The notes: generated by a model not told the origin, from the sequence alone. Shown: positions 31,031 through 41,632, numbered from the whole stretch's first letter. The stretch: DNA of 61,057 nt, filler included, from 9 parts of 9 records of this genome joined end to end with filler, not necessarily neighbours in it; one strand, 5' to 3'. Numbers and translations are program-made.

Positions 31031-32155
31031 TTAACTATTGGATGGATACATAGTTAAATCAGAACTACTAGTGTAACAAACTCCTGAACTGAATAGAATT
31101 TCAATTAGTTCATTTAATTGATTATATATTTTTGGATCATTTATTAGTATTGCTACATAGTCTTTTCTTAAAAACTTATAGCTTCTAGAGGTTGAGTCAG
31201 ACAAGTTTATAAAGTTGAATAATAAATTTTTAAATCTAAAAACTCTTTTAAGATCTTTATCATAATTAATTTCTGCATTATGCAATTTTGAAGAAATTGA
31301 ATAAGACTTATCAATCATGTGGACAACTGTATTAAAAAATATATAACCCCACGGCAGTTCATTGCTATCAGTAAGTTCACTTCCTAGTGCATGGATTCGT
31401 GGAAGATTGTTTTCTAAACTATCTGGATCCACACGAATTATTAAAGGACTATCACCACCTATGTAATTAATCATCATTCCATAGGTGGAAATCTCATATG
31501 GATTTTTTCCTTTGTTTTTCAAAAAATATTCAATATTTGCTTTTGATAACACTTTTTCACATCGATTTAGTGGGTCACTCTTTCTTGGTAGTAGTTTATC
31601 ACCGATCCAAATTTCCTTATCAAATCTAAACTCATAACAATCAACGTAACGTGACATACTATTTTGGTTTTCTAGATATGGTACTTTCTTAATTAATTTA
31701 GTGTAATCAGATCCAATGAAATCAAGTGGAAATGATGTATCGAATTTCTTATTAATAATATCAAGTATATTATTTAATCCTTCTTCTGATTTTAAATTAA
31801 ATCCTTGAAGAAGATTAATTGGTGGTTTAAGAATTCCAATATCAATCCCATTAATCCCGATTGGAACAACATCAATCCCCTTTGAATAAGAGTACCCTGA
31901 TTCAAAATAAACCCAGTTTGATTTAACTGATTTAGGGGATATAAAAACAAACATTAGTTTAGCATCATTAAGACTTTTCTCAATTTTAGAAACCCAATTT
32001 TGACCGAATCGGATACTTTCCCCATCACTTGAAAGAAATATATTGATTGTTGATGATATTTTATTGAGTATTTTTTTCTTCAACAGAAGCAAGTACTCTT
32101 TATCTATGGATGAATGACTAAAAAAAACGGTTGGTTTAGGATTCACATTGCCCAC
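31031..32155 (-). CDS. TIR-domain protein with uncharacterised C-terminal domain
   Basis: VFFSHSSIDK, IFLSSD, WVSKIEKSL, FISPKSVKSNWVYFESG (catalytic Glu retained). Confidence 0.93.
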   Translation of the reverse strand: MGNVNPKPTVFFSHSSIDKEYLLLLKKKILNKISSTINIFLSSDGESIRFGQNWVSKIEKSLNDAKLMFVFISPKSVKSNWVYFESGYSYSKGIDVVPIGINGIDIGILKPPINLLQGFNLKSEEGLNNILDIINKKFDTSFPLDFIGSDYTKLIKKVPYLENQNSMSRYVDCYEFRFDKEIWIGDKLLPRKSDPLNRCEKVLSKANIEYFLKNKGKNPYEISTYGMMINYIGGDSPLIIRVDPDSLENNLPRIHALGSELTDSNELPWGYIFFNTVVHMIDKSYSISSKLHNAEINYDKDLKRVFRFKNLLFNFINLSDSTSRSYKFLRKDYVAILINDPKIYNQLNELIEILFSSGVCYTSSSDLTMYPSNS

Positions 32156-32214
32156 CTGTAGAAATAAAATTGATATCTAGGTAATTATACTGCATTCCTG
32201 AGTGACCTGCAATA

Positions 32215-32299
32215 AATGTACAATCCGCAAAAATTGAGAAAAAAAACCGGCGTTTTGATAACGAATTCCAGTGAGAAGTGAGAAGTTTTTCCGTGTTTT
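32215..32299 (+). repeat. 85-bp direct repeat copy 2
   Basis: AATGTACAATCCGCAAAAATTGAGAA...GAGAAGTGAGAAGTTTTTCCGTGTTTT, same orientation as copy 1, 1304 bp downstream. Confidence 0.9.
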
Positions 32300-32680
32300 A
32301 TCGTTTTAGTCCATGTAATATCGTGCTGAATTTGGTTCTAGAGCGAATAAAAAATAAATGTTTATTGCCGAAAAGTCGAAGGATCTGAAAAGTGGAAATA
32401 TTGTTTCCATATTTCAGGATATTCAGAGTATAGTTTTTTAACACCAAAATCGTTTATATACAATTTATTAATGTCATCAAAGCAAAAAAAATGTTTTCCA
32501 ATTCTATTCTTTTTGCATCTGCAAGATCAGTACATGTCCAAAAATCAATTATATCACGTAAATATAAATTTTGTTCAGAAAAACTTCTTTTTACTTTTAC
32601 TCTCGGTTTTGGGGTAGATTTTGTTACTAATGTTTTTGCTAGTAGATCTTCAGCCAGTTGATAATTTAATACTATTAATG

Positions 32681-32725
32681 TGACCTGCTCCCCCAAAAAC
32701 AGGACCAGCTGAAAGGTTAGTATTT
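32681..32725 (+). mobile_element. Orphan IS3-family terminal inverted repeat remnant
   Basis: TGACCTGCTCCCCCAAAAACAGGACCA... resembles IS3-family ends; it abuts the ORF fragment 32454..32680; no transposase follows. Confidence 0.55.
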
Positions 32726-32915
32726 CAAAAAATATGATAGAATGGGGTTAGATCACTAATAGTCATTATTTTTAAAGGTTAATCTTAATATCTTCTTTTT
32801 TGCGAAAAGTAAATATGATATCTTTACAGTAACATGTTCTGATTAATAATTGTGTTAATCAGAATCTGATTGTGGACTGGATTGTTGAGATAAAAAATAG
32901 TCATAGGAAAATTAT

Positions 32916-34996
32916 ATGGAAGACCCAAAACCTTTAGACAGCCTATTTAAAGAAAAGATATTCAGAATCCCTGATTATCAAAGGGGTTATGCCTGGCAGA
33001 AAGGGCAGCTAAAGGATTTTTGGGACGATTTAATTAATCTCTCAAATACGCGTTCTCATTATGCTGGAGTATTAACACTGAAGGAGGTGTCAAGTTATGA
33101 GATTGATGAAAATTCGAATGAATATTGGCTCATTGATGACTATTCCTACAAGGTCTTACATGTCGTAGATGGACAGCAACGGTTAACTACTTTTATTGTT
33201 TTTATTCAAGCTTATATTGATTTTATTAAAAGTCTTCCGGGTAATGATGGATTATCTGATTCAGAGATCTTCATAACTGATAGTTTGAACGTTGAGTCAA
33301 TAATTAGAAAATATTTATACAAGATAAAGCCGACGGGAAATGGCTATCGAACATATAAATTTGGTTATACGGAAGATAACCCAAGTTATAATTATCTGAA
33401 ATACAGAATTTTTAAGGAAGATGGGGCAGGAACAATCGACGAGACTTTCTACACCCTGAATCTTAAAAATTCCAGAATATATTTCTTCGAACAAATTGAA
33501 GACCTTTATAATCAAGAAGGTATGGAAGGATTAAAAACGGTTTATAGAAATCTAACTAAAAAATTTTTATTTAATGAATATGTAATTAAAGATGAATTTG
33601 ATGTCTTCGTGGCATTTGAAACAATGAATAACAGGGGTAAAAAATTATCTGATTTAGAGTTGCTTAAGAATAGGTTGATTTATCTTACAACACTGTATAC
33701 TAATGATGAATTGGACAATGCTGATAGAAAAAGTTTGAGAGACGATATTAATTCAGCTTGGAAAGAGGTTTACCATCAATTAGGGAAAAATGAGAGATTT
33801 CCTCTCGATGATGATGATTTCTTAAAAGCGCACTGGATTCTCTATTTCAAGTACTCGAGGAAAAAGGAAATGACTATATAAAGTATCTTCTTGATGATCA
33901 GTTTTCACCAAAGAATATCCATAAAAAAACTGAAAAAGAAATTGTTCTTGAAACCCCGGAGATCCTGAATGCAGATTTTGATGGTATTGATGCTGATCTA
34001 GAGAACGGGGATGTTATCGAAGAAACAAAGACTATCGAAATGGCAGCTTTGGAACCAATAGAAATTAAAAACTATGTTAACAGTTTAAAAAGTTGTGCTC
34101 CATATTGGTTCGATTCCTATTTCCCTCAGTTATCAAATCTAGAGGAGCAGATAAAAGATTGCCTGGATAAATTGAATAGAGTAGGTATGGGATATTTCCG
34201 CCCTTTGATAATGTCTTTGCTAAAGAATGAGGAAGACAGTACAAAAATTGTTGAATCATTGAATGCTATCGAAAGGTTTATTTTTCTTGAGTTTAGAATT
34301 AACCAAACGAGAAGAAATTATAGGGATAGCGAGTTTTATAATTATGCACGAGAATTGGATAGGGGGGTAGACCTCATTGGCATTAAACAGCGTCTGTTAG
34401 AGCTGATATCATATAATATCGAAGATGACGGTTCCTATAAGATTGACTATTTCTATAATTATTTAAAGAAACGATTTGAAGGTGGCGGAAATAGTGGATA
34501 TTATGGGTGGCATGGTTTGCGTTATTTTTTATTTGAGTATGAAGTAAGCCTTTTAGAATCTAGTAGACAAAGGAAGGTATCTTGGGAGGATTTGCTCAAA
34601 ACTCCAAGAGATAAAATTTCCATCGAGCATATTTATCCACAGACTCCTTCTAATGAGTACTGGGAGAATAAGTTTTCAGATATTTGCGAAGAAAATAAAT
34701 ACAAGTATCAAAGTTCGATAGGGAATTTATTGCTCTTATCTCAGTCGATAAACAGTTCACTTCAAAATGATGGGTTTGAAGATAAAAAGCAACCACGATT
34801 TAATGAGGAAAATGAAAAAATTCGAAATGGTTATTCTGACGGGTCTCATTCAGAAATTAAAGTATCTCTCGAGACGGAATGGAATCCTAACAAGATAAAA
34901 AGCAGGGGTCTTGAACTCCTGAGTTTTATGGAAAAAAGATGGGATATACAATTTAAAGATCAATCTACAAAAGAAGCCTTACTTTTTTTAAACTGA
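32916..34996 (+). CDS. DUF262 + DUF1524 (GmrSD-like type IV restriction) protein, homopolymer frameshift
   Basis: IPDYQRGYAW, VVDGQQRLTT, FETMNNRG (DUF262); SIEHIYPQ, IGNLLLLSQSINSSLQN (DUF1524/HNH). The two ORFs join if the A5 at 33861-33865 is A6. Confidence 0.92.
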
Positions 34997-35047
34997 ATAG
35001 GCCATAGTATTTTAAAACATTTATAATTCTTATATGCTGAACCGTAT

Positions 35048-35330
35048 CTAAGACTGGTGTTTGATAGATATTCGCTTCTCGGGCAGGTGTATCGTATCCA
35101 GAACTATTAGAGCATCATGGGGAGAGAGCTCCATACCAGTGAGGACATTGAGAATAGTATCCAGGGTATAGATCTCCTGAAGAGGAACCTTCTTATCATC
35201 CCTGTTTTTGTCAGGGATTCCGTTATGGATCCAATCGGTTACCACCATGTAGGCTTCAGATCTGTCGGAGGTTCCGGTGGATCTGGCTGGGAGGTATTTT
35301 CCTGTCTCTGGGTTTCTGATTTTTACTGCT
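35048..35330 (-). pseudogene. N-terminal fragment of a spirochaete-type tyrosine integrase
   Basis: Frame reads VKIRNPETGKYLPARSTGTSDRSEAYMVVTDWIHNGIP...YTLDTIL, resembling integrase N-termini in Spirochaetota; no catalytic domain; immediately 3' of the tRNA. Confidence 0.65.
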
Positions 35331-35337
35331 TGAGCCC

Positions 35338-35372
35338 AAAAAAAGGCAACTCCAATTAAGAAGTTGCCTTTT
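35338..35372 (-). terminator. Intrinsic terminator of tRNA gene
   Basis: AAAAGGCAACT...AGTTGCCTTTT inverted repeat with U tract on the minus strand. Confidence 0.85.
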
Positions 35373-35375
35373 GTA

Positions 35376-35429
<54 letters not shown>

Positions 35430-35529
35430 NNNNNNNNNNNNNNNNNNNNNNNNNNNNNNNNNNNNNNNNNNNNTTAATTAATTAANNNNNNNNNNNNNNN
35501 NNNNNNNNNNNNNNNNNNNNNNNNNNNNN
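35430..35529. other. Artificial contig spacer
   Basis: N44-TTAATTAATTAA-N44. Confidence 0.99.
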
Positions 35530-35641
35530 GCATAGAAATTATTATGATAATATTATTAGAGATGATGAAACTCATAAAAAAGTTTCAAATTATATTCTGA
35601 ATAATCCTGCTAATTGGAAAGAAGATAAATTTTTTGGCTGA
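35530..35641 (+). mobile_element. C-terminus of REP-associated tyrosine transposase (RAYT)
   Basis: HRNYYDNIIRDDETHKKVSNYILNNPANWKEDKF*, matching the WQRNYYEHIIR...YI..NP..W motif. Confidence 0.88.
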
Positions 35642-35650
35642 AAGATGCTA

Positions 35651-35677
35651 GTACGGATGTTATAAATAACACCCTAT
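35651..35677 (+). repeat. REP-like palindrome flanking the RAYT
   Basis: GTA followed by imperfect hairpin GGATGTTAT-AA-ATAACACCC, 10 nt after the RAYT stop. Confidence 0.5.
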
Positions 35678-35699
35678 TAAAAAACGTGTAGATTAATTT

Positions 35700-35972
35700 C
35701 TACACGTTTTTTCTATTCTTGTAATATTCATCTAATTCATTTTCACTTAAGTATCCACAAATCAAATAGAGCTCTATAATATCAATTTCTAGAATAGAGG
35801 ATATTTTTCTTAGAGTTTCTGGTTTTGGAAAAGATTTAAGCTTTGCATTTTCTATTTTACTCCAATTCGAATTATCAAAGTTATAATCTTTTTCTATTTG
35901 CATAAGTGTTATATTTTTATTATTTCGGTACTTTTTTACTAAATTTCCTAGTTTAACTAGTTTTTCTTGCAT
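35700..35972 (-). CDS. XRE/CI-like HTH repressor
   Basis: LGNLVKKYR...SNWSKIEN...PKPETLRKISSILEI...LYLICGY; GAGGTG RBS before ATG 35972. Confidence 0.88.
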   Translation of the reverse strand: MQEKLVKLGNLVKKYRNNKNITLMQIEKDYNFDNSNWSKIENAKLKSFPKPETLRKISSILEIDIIELYLICGYLSENELDEYYKNRKNV

Positions 35973-36115
35973 TTTTAAATCACCTCTACGGTATTTTTTT
36001 ACCATTAAGATATTAACATAAAAAAAGAATAAAATTAACGGTATAAAAATACCGAAAAAAATATTGACAATTATAAGTAAAAAGTATATAGTAGAAACGC
36101 GGTAATAAAATACCG
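35926..36115. promoter_or_regulatory. Operator array CGGTA-N6-TACCG with rightward sigma70 promoter
   Basis: Perfect palindromes at 36039-36054 and 36100-36115, one mismatch at 35989-36004, two mismatches at 35926-35941. TTGACA (36064)-17 bp-TATAGT (36087) lies between the perfect sites. Confidence 0.85.
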
Positions 36116-36129
36116 TAAAATAGAATGAG

Positions 36130-36333
36130 GTGATGAAAATACATTTTACAGTAGACCAAATAATAAAAACATTTGAAAGTAAAGAAATATCTTGCTATAG
36201 GTTAGCTAAAATTATGAATTCTGATGCCTCAAATGTTTCCAAGCAAATCAAAAAAATGAAAAATGGAGGTTCTGTGACCACCAAAACTATTGAAAAATAT
36301 GCACGAGCACTGGGTTTATTTGATGAGCAATAA
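36130..36333 (+). CDS. Cro-like HTH protein
   Basis: 67 aa, ISCYRLAKIM...ASNVSK...TTKTIEKYARALG; divergent from the CI-like gene; GAGGTG RBS. Confidence 0.8.
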   Translation: MMKIHFTVDQIIKTFESKEISCYRLAKIMNSDASNVSKQIKKMKNGGSVTTKTIEKYARALGLFDEQ

Positions 36334-36416
36334 AGAAAAATCAAGAGAGAAAGAGATTGATAAACAGCTAAGAGGAAATAAAGTTAGAGAATAAAATCAT
36401 GAAATGAGGGGAAATT

Positions 36417-36617
36417 ATGAGAATAGGGGAAATAAAATTAATTGGAGGAAAATTGATTAAATGCGTAAAAAGTTATAACTTAGCATCATGTGAAGGTTGT
36501 TGTTTTGATAAAGATACCGACTATAACTGTTTGAGGTATATTGATGAATTAGGAGATTGCTCGGGAATGGGTAGTGAGGAAAAACACATTATGATTTATA
36601 TAGAGTTAAGAGAATAA
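36417..36617 (+). CDS. Small Cys-rich phage-like hypothetical protein
   Basis: GAGGGG RBS; CEGCCF...C...C pattern seen in phage early genes. Confidence 0.6.
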   Translation: MRIGEIKLIGGKLIKCVKSYNLASCEGCCFDKDTDYNCLRYIDELGDCSGMGSEEKHIMIYIELRE

Positions 36618-36881
36618 CCTCCATGAAGCTAAAGAAGAGATAGCTAGACTTCTTAGTTCCAGTTGGATTTCGTGTCAATTGCCTTTGGTGTAATGGGAAT
36701 AAATACGAACTTTTTCATATGAAAATTAAAATCATTATAAATATATATATAATATAAATTTGTAATTTATGTTAAAAAAGAGTAAAATAAATGAAAATTT
36801 TAAAAAATATGTTAGTATTGATTTGAAGCAATAAGATTTTTAAATAAAAGTGGTGTATTAAGACTTAAGGAGGAAAGAGTT

Positions 36882-38699
36882 ATGAAAAAAAGAGTAACAA
36901 AGCTACAGAGTTTTTTAGTGCTAGGATTAACACTATTAGCTTTATTAGGATGTAGTAAAACCCAAGAAAAAAGTATGTCAATGGTTGAAGAAAAACAGGA
37001 GAATAAGGCGATAACTTTAAATGTTGTTCATTTAAATGACCATCACTCACATATTGCTAATGAAGCTATGACGAGCATGTATTTTGATGGTAAAAAAACA
37101 AAGGTGGATTATGGTGGATTACCAAGAATTGCTACCAGAATACAAGAAGTTAAGGCAACTGAACCTAATACATTAGTTTTACATGCTGGGGATGCAATTG
37201 TAGGAACTATGTATTACACGTTATTCAAAGGTGAAGCTGATGCTGAACTTATGAATAATATGGGGATTGATGTATTTGCTCTTGGAAATCATGAATTTGA
37301 TGACGGTGACGAAGGTCTTAAACATTTCTTAGATAATCTAGATATTGAAACTATCTCAGCAAATGTTGAAGCTCCTAAAGGAAATATCCTGGAAGGAATG
37401 TGGGAACCTTATGCTATCAGAGAGTTTGATGGAGAAAAAGTAGGAATTATAGGTATTGATATAGTAGGAAAAACTAAAGATAGCTCTAGTCCTAGTGAAG
37501 AGATAATATTTTATGATGAAACTAAAACAGTTCAGAAATACGTAGATGAGTTAACAGATATGGGGATCAATAAAATTATAGTGTTAAGTCATTACGGATA
37601 TAAAAATGATGTTGAATTGGCTAAAAATGTTGATGGTGTAGATTTAATAGTAGGAGGAGATTCACACTCTTTATTAGGAGAGTTTGGAAGGTTAGGTATT
37701 CAGGCTGAAGGCGAATATCCTACGAAAGTTATGTCAAAATCTAACGAACCTGTATATGTAGTACAAGCATGGGAATATGCTCATGCTTTAGGTGAAATAG
37801 AGGTTGATTTTGATAAAAATGGTATAATAACTGATGCTGATGGAACTGGGAATCTTTTAATAGGTGATTCATTTAAGAGAAAGAATTCAAGTGGAAAATA
37901 TGCAGAAGTTAATGGAGAAGAGAGAGATGTAATAGATCAATTTATTGCTGAAAATTCTATTTTAGTTGTAGATGAAGATCCAGTTTTAAAAGAGATGGTT
38001 GTGAAGTACTCTGGGCAAATAGATGAATTGAAAAAAGAAGTAGTTGGTAAAACAAATGTTGATCTGATCCATGAAAGAATTCCTGGACAGGCTAAATTTG
38101 GAGTCGCTTTACCAGAAGGTTCTGAGATTGCGCCTCATGTTGCAAAAGCATTCTATGAAGCATCTGAGAGCTGGGGAGCTGATCTTGTTATTCAAAATGC
38201 AGGTGGAATCAGAGCATCTGTGCCAGCTGGAGAGATTACAATCAATACTGCATATACATTATTACCATTTGCAAATACTCTTTATATGATCGAGATGTCA
38301 GGTTCTGAGATTAAATCAGTATTAGAGGATGCTGTAGAAAATGCATTAAAACCAGATGGTTCAACAGGTTCATTCCCATATGGGTATAATGTTAAATTTA
38401 CAGTTGATGCAAATAATGGCTTTGGATCAAGAATTACTAAATTAGAAATTCTGGATAAAACAACTGGAAAATATGTAGAAATAGAGGAAGGAAATAATAC
38501 TAAATATTTAGTGATATCTAACTCTTATACAGCAGGTGGAAAAGATGGATATGTAACATTTAAAGAGGTTCAAGAAAATGGAAACTTCTCTGAAAATACA
38601 TATCTTGATTACGCTGAGTCATTTGTAAACTATATGAAAAATCATCCAGAAGGATTAGAAAAAATAGATAACGGTGTTACATTTATACCTAAAAAATAA
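36882..38699 (+). CDS. 5'-nucleotidase/NAD nucleotidase lipoprotein (UshA/NadN family)
   Basis: Lipobox LLGC, HLNDHHSH, HAGDA, LGNHEFD, GGDSH, QNAGGIR, LLPFANT. Confidence 0.95.
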   Translation: MKKRVTKLQSFLVLGLTLLALLGCSKTQEKSMSMVEEKQENKAITLNVVHLNDHHSHIANEAMTSMYFDGKKTKVDYGGLPRIATRIQEVKATEPNTLVLHAGDAIVGTMYYTLFKGEADAELMNNMGIDVFALGNHEFDDGDEGLKHFLDNLDIETISANVEAPKGNILEGMWEPYAIREFDGEKVGIIGIDIVGKTKDSSSPSEEIIFYDETKTVQKYVDELTDMGINKIIVLSHYGYKNDVELAKNVDGVDLIVGGDSHSLLGEFGRLGIQAEGEYPTKVMSKSNEPVYVVQAWEYAHALGEIEVDFDKNGIITDADGTGNLLIGDSFKRKNSSGKYAEVNGEERDVIDQFIAENSILVVDEDPVLKEMVVKYSGQIDELKKEVVGKTNVDLIHERIPGQAKFGVALPEGSEIAPHVAKAFYEASESWGADLVIQNAGGIRASVPAGEITINTAYTLLPFANTLYMIEMSGSEIKSVLEDAVENALKPDGSTGSFPYGYNVKFTVDANNGFGSRITKLEILDKTTGKYVEIEEGNNTKYLVISNSYTAGGKDGYVTFKEVQENGNFSENTYLDYAESFVNYMKNHPEGLEKIDNGVTFIPKK

Positions 38700-38710
38700 G
38701 TTAAATAAAT

Positions 38711-38746
38711 AAAGGGAGATCAGAAATTTTTCTGGTCTCTCTTTTT
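38711..38746 (+). terminator. Intrinsic terminator
   Basis: AAAGGGAGATCAGAAA...TTTCTGGTCTCTCTTTTT. Confidence 0.8.
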
Positions 38747-39041
38747 ATGTGTTTTTAGGAAATTATAGATTTTATGACTTCTCAAATTTGCTTAATGTTC
38801 ATGATAATGAATAGACTAAATAATCTCTTTCATAATTTTCATACTTTGATTTAGTATATTTACAAAAGTATTCATAAGCTCTTCCCCCTTTCCAGCTTGT
38901 ATTTATATTTTGCTCTTTTAGCGATAAAGAAAACAATGTAATAAGTTTTTTTCAAGAGATGGAAATATATTCAAAAGCTACGGAATATGAGAAGAAAATC
39001 AGGTAATTTTATAGATGATAAATTAAATCGAAAATAAAATT

Positions 39042-39071
39042 AAGACCTCTTGGGTTTCTCCAGGAGGTCTT
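39042..39071 (-). terminator. Terminator hairpin after GGDEF gene
   Basis: AAGACCTCTTGG...CCAGGAGGTCTT inverted repeat just past the stop at 39077. Confidence 0.7.
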
Positions 39072-39076
39072 TTAGA

Positions 39077-40524
39077 TTACTTATTATTATTTTTATAAAC
39101 GACAACCTTATTTCGTCCACTTTCTTTTCCAGCGTATAGAGCATGGTCAGCAGTAGAAATAATTTTATCCATATTTGTATTACACGAGTTATATTCACTT
39201 ATACCACAAGTGATGGTAATATTTTTTTCTAATTTATCAAATTGGGTATTTTCAATAATAGCTCTTAGCTTTTTAGCGTATTCATTTGCTTGTTTGATAT
39301 TTAAGTTTGGTAGAAGAATTGCGAACTCCTCGCCACCATATCTAGAAACGATATCATTTTCTCTAGAGTTTTCTATCAACAAAGAGGAGATTACCTTAAT
39401 TACATTATCCCCAATAAGGTGTCCATAATTATCATTTATAAGTTTGAAATAATCAAGATCCATAATAATAAACGATAAACTTCTAGAATACTGTTTTGCT
39501 ATTTTTAACTCTTCTTGAAATGTTTCTTCAAAGTGTCTTCTATTGAATAAACCAGTAAGTGGATCTTTTATTGATAATTCTTTTAATTCAGAATTTGTTT
39601 TAATTAAATTAGCAGTTATAATTTTGATTTTTCTTTTTAGATTATAATTGTATATGAGAGCAAAGATCAAAATAATTGGTAAAATTATTAAAGCTAATAT
39701 TTTATAGTTTAGAACTTTTTTGATTACTATATTATCTTTGTAGATAACCCTATTTGTAGTATATTTATTAATTGCTCTGAAATAAAAAGAGTCAGAACCA
39801 TGTTTTTCTTTTGATAATATGCCATCAATTAAAGGAATCAGCTCATTGGCATACTCTGTATCTTTTTTAAAAGCAATATTAATACTTATTGGTTTAAAAA
39901 TTATAGGTGTTTGGATAAATTCAAGTTTATCTCTTAAGACAAAATCGGCAAACTCTCTTGGAACGACACACACATCAGCTAAACCTTCGGAGACTTTATT
40001 AACTGTATCAGTAAATCCACCAGTTTCAACAAATTGAGGTCTGATATCTAAGGCACCTAATACTTCTTTTAGCGAATCATTATGACCTTCGTAATACACA
40101 TCATCATCAACAACAGCTATTTTCAAATCCTTTAGGTCAACTAATGAATTAATTTCAATTCCTTGTTTACCATAGATAACTCCCCAAGATAAAAAGATCG
40201 TTTCTTCATTGAAGTCAAAACTTTTTTCCTCTCTTCACTTACAGCAATATCATAAATGGCGTCGATTTCTCCAGTTCTTAGCCATTCCATAATTTCAGCC
40301 CAAGTACCATACCTATGACTTAATTTATACTCTGTATCTTTAAATATTTCTGTGAAAATGTCATAAAAATATCCTTTAACTTGTCCACTTTCCATATATA
40401 TTGCTGGAGGATCATCATATATTCCTATAACAATCTCTTTCTTTCCTGTTATTTGGCAAAATAAAGTTATGTAACTTAAAAGAAAAGTCAGTAAAATTAA
40501 AGTTCCTCTTTTCATTTCTCTCAT
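39077..40524 (-). CDS. Diguanylate cyclase with periplasmic PBPb sensor domain, homopolymer frameshift
   Basis: PBPb domain, TM, DPLTGLFNRR, RENDIVSRYGGEEF. The two ORFs join if the T6 at 40222-40227 is T7 (ERKKSFDFNEET). Confidence 0.92.
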
Positions 40525-40740
40525 CCCTTTAGTATCTTATTTAAGGAAAATTATATCATATAAATAAGTAAAATTAAATTAATTTTATATTTTGTCGTAA
40601 ATAGATGATTCTGATATCAAATTAGTTGTTAGAATATAAAGAATTAAAAAAGGAAAAAAGGAAATCTGACAAATACATTATAGAGAACTAGATTTCTATA
40701 TAAACTTATGGAATAAAAGTATTAGAGAGGAGGGGTTAGA

Positions 40741-41385
40741 TTGAACAGTGAAGAGAATCCGAAAATCCTTTTCGTTGATGATGAAAAAAATATACTGAAC
40801 ACAATTAAACGAACTTTTATTAGGCAGCCATTTAAAGTATTTGTTGCAAATTCGGCAAGAGAGGGACTTGAAGTCTTATCAAGAGAAGAGATAGATATTG
40901 TAGTTTCAGATGTAAAGATGCCTGAGATGGATGGAATAGAGTTTTTGACAAAGGTAAAGGAACTTTACCCCAATGTAAATAGGATAATTCTAAGTGGCTT
41001 CGTGGAAAAAACCTCTGTAATAAATGCGATATTAACAGGTGTTGCATTTACTTATTTAACTAAACCATGGGGAAACGAGGAGCTGTCAGCGAAACTTAAA
41101 CATGTAATAAATTTAAAAAAGATAGTAGAAAGTGAAGATGTTCTTACAAAGGTAAATAGAATACAGAAGTTACCTGATGTTCCTGAACTATATCAGAAAT
41201 TTATAGATGCCGTGTTAAAAAATGCATCTATTCATGAAATAAGTGAAATTATATTAAAAGATTTAAGCTTAGTAACAAAAATACTTCAGGTAATAAATTC
41301 AGCTTTTTATTCCAGTGTTCAGATATCGTCAATTGATAAAGCTGTAAGTTTATTAGGATTAAACAATATTAAAAGTATAATTTTT
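40741..41385 (+). CDS. Response regulator receiver + HDOD domain protein, 3' truncated
   Basis: ILFVDDE, SDVKMP, KPW; LPDVP...KILQVINSAFY...AVSLLG. Confidence 0.92.
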
Positions 41386-41485
41386 NNNNNNNNNNNNNNN
41401 NNNNNNNNNNNNNNNNNNNNNNNNNNNNNTTAATTAATTAANNNNNNNNNNNNNNNNNNNNNNNNNNNNNNNNNNNNNNNNNNNN
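41386..41485. other. Artificial contig spacer
   Basis: N44-TTAATTAATTAA-N44. Confidence 0.99.
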
Positions 41486-41632
41486 AGTGATTACGAGAAC
41501 GCCGTCAGTACGGCAGCGCGCGCTGGTGCTGTAATTACGACAACGGAAATGGCCCTGTTCCAGTTGGTTAAGGTAGCCGGAACCGATGCGTTCAAGACGG
41601 TTTCCAAGCTGGTTCGTCGTCGTACTCCTTGA
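41486..41632 (+). CDS. Isochorismatase-family hydrolase C-terminus (5' truncated)
   Basis: DYENAV...AGAVITTTEMALFQLVKVAGTDAFKTVSKLV; TGATG coupling to the next gene. Confidence 0.8.
   Translation, partial: SDYENAVSTAARAGAVITTTEMALFQLVKVAGTDAFKTVSKLVRRRTP

Noticed and set aside
30911-32299. Integron attC sites or CRISPR repeats
   Set aside because: No RYYYAAC/GTTRRRY cores or extended palindrome, and the 1.2-kb spacing is not CRISPR-like.
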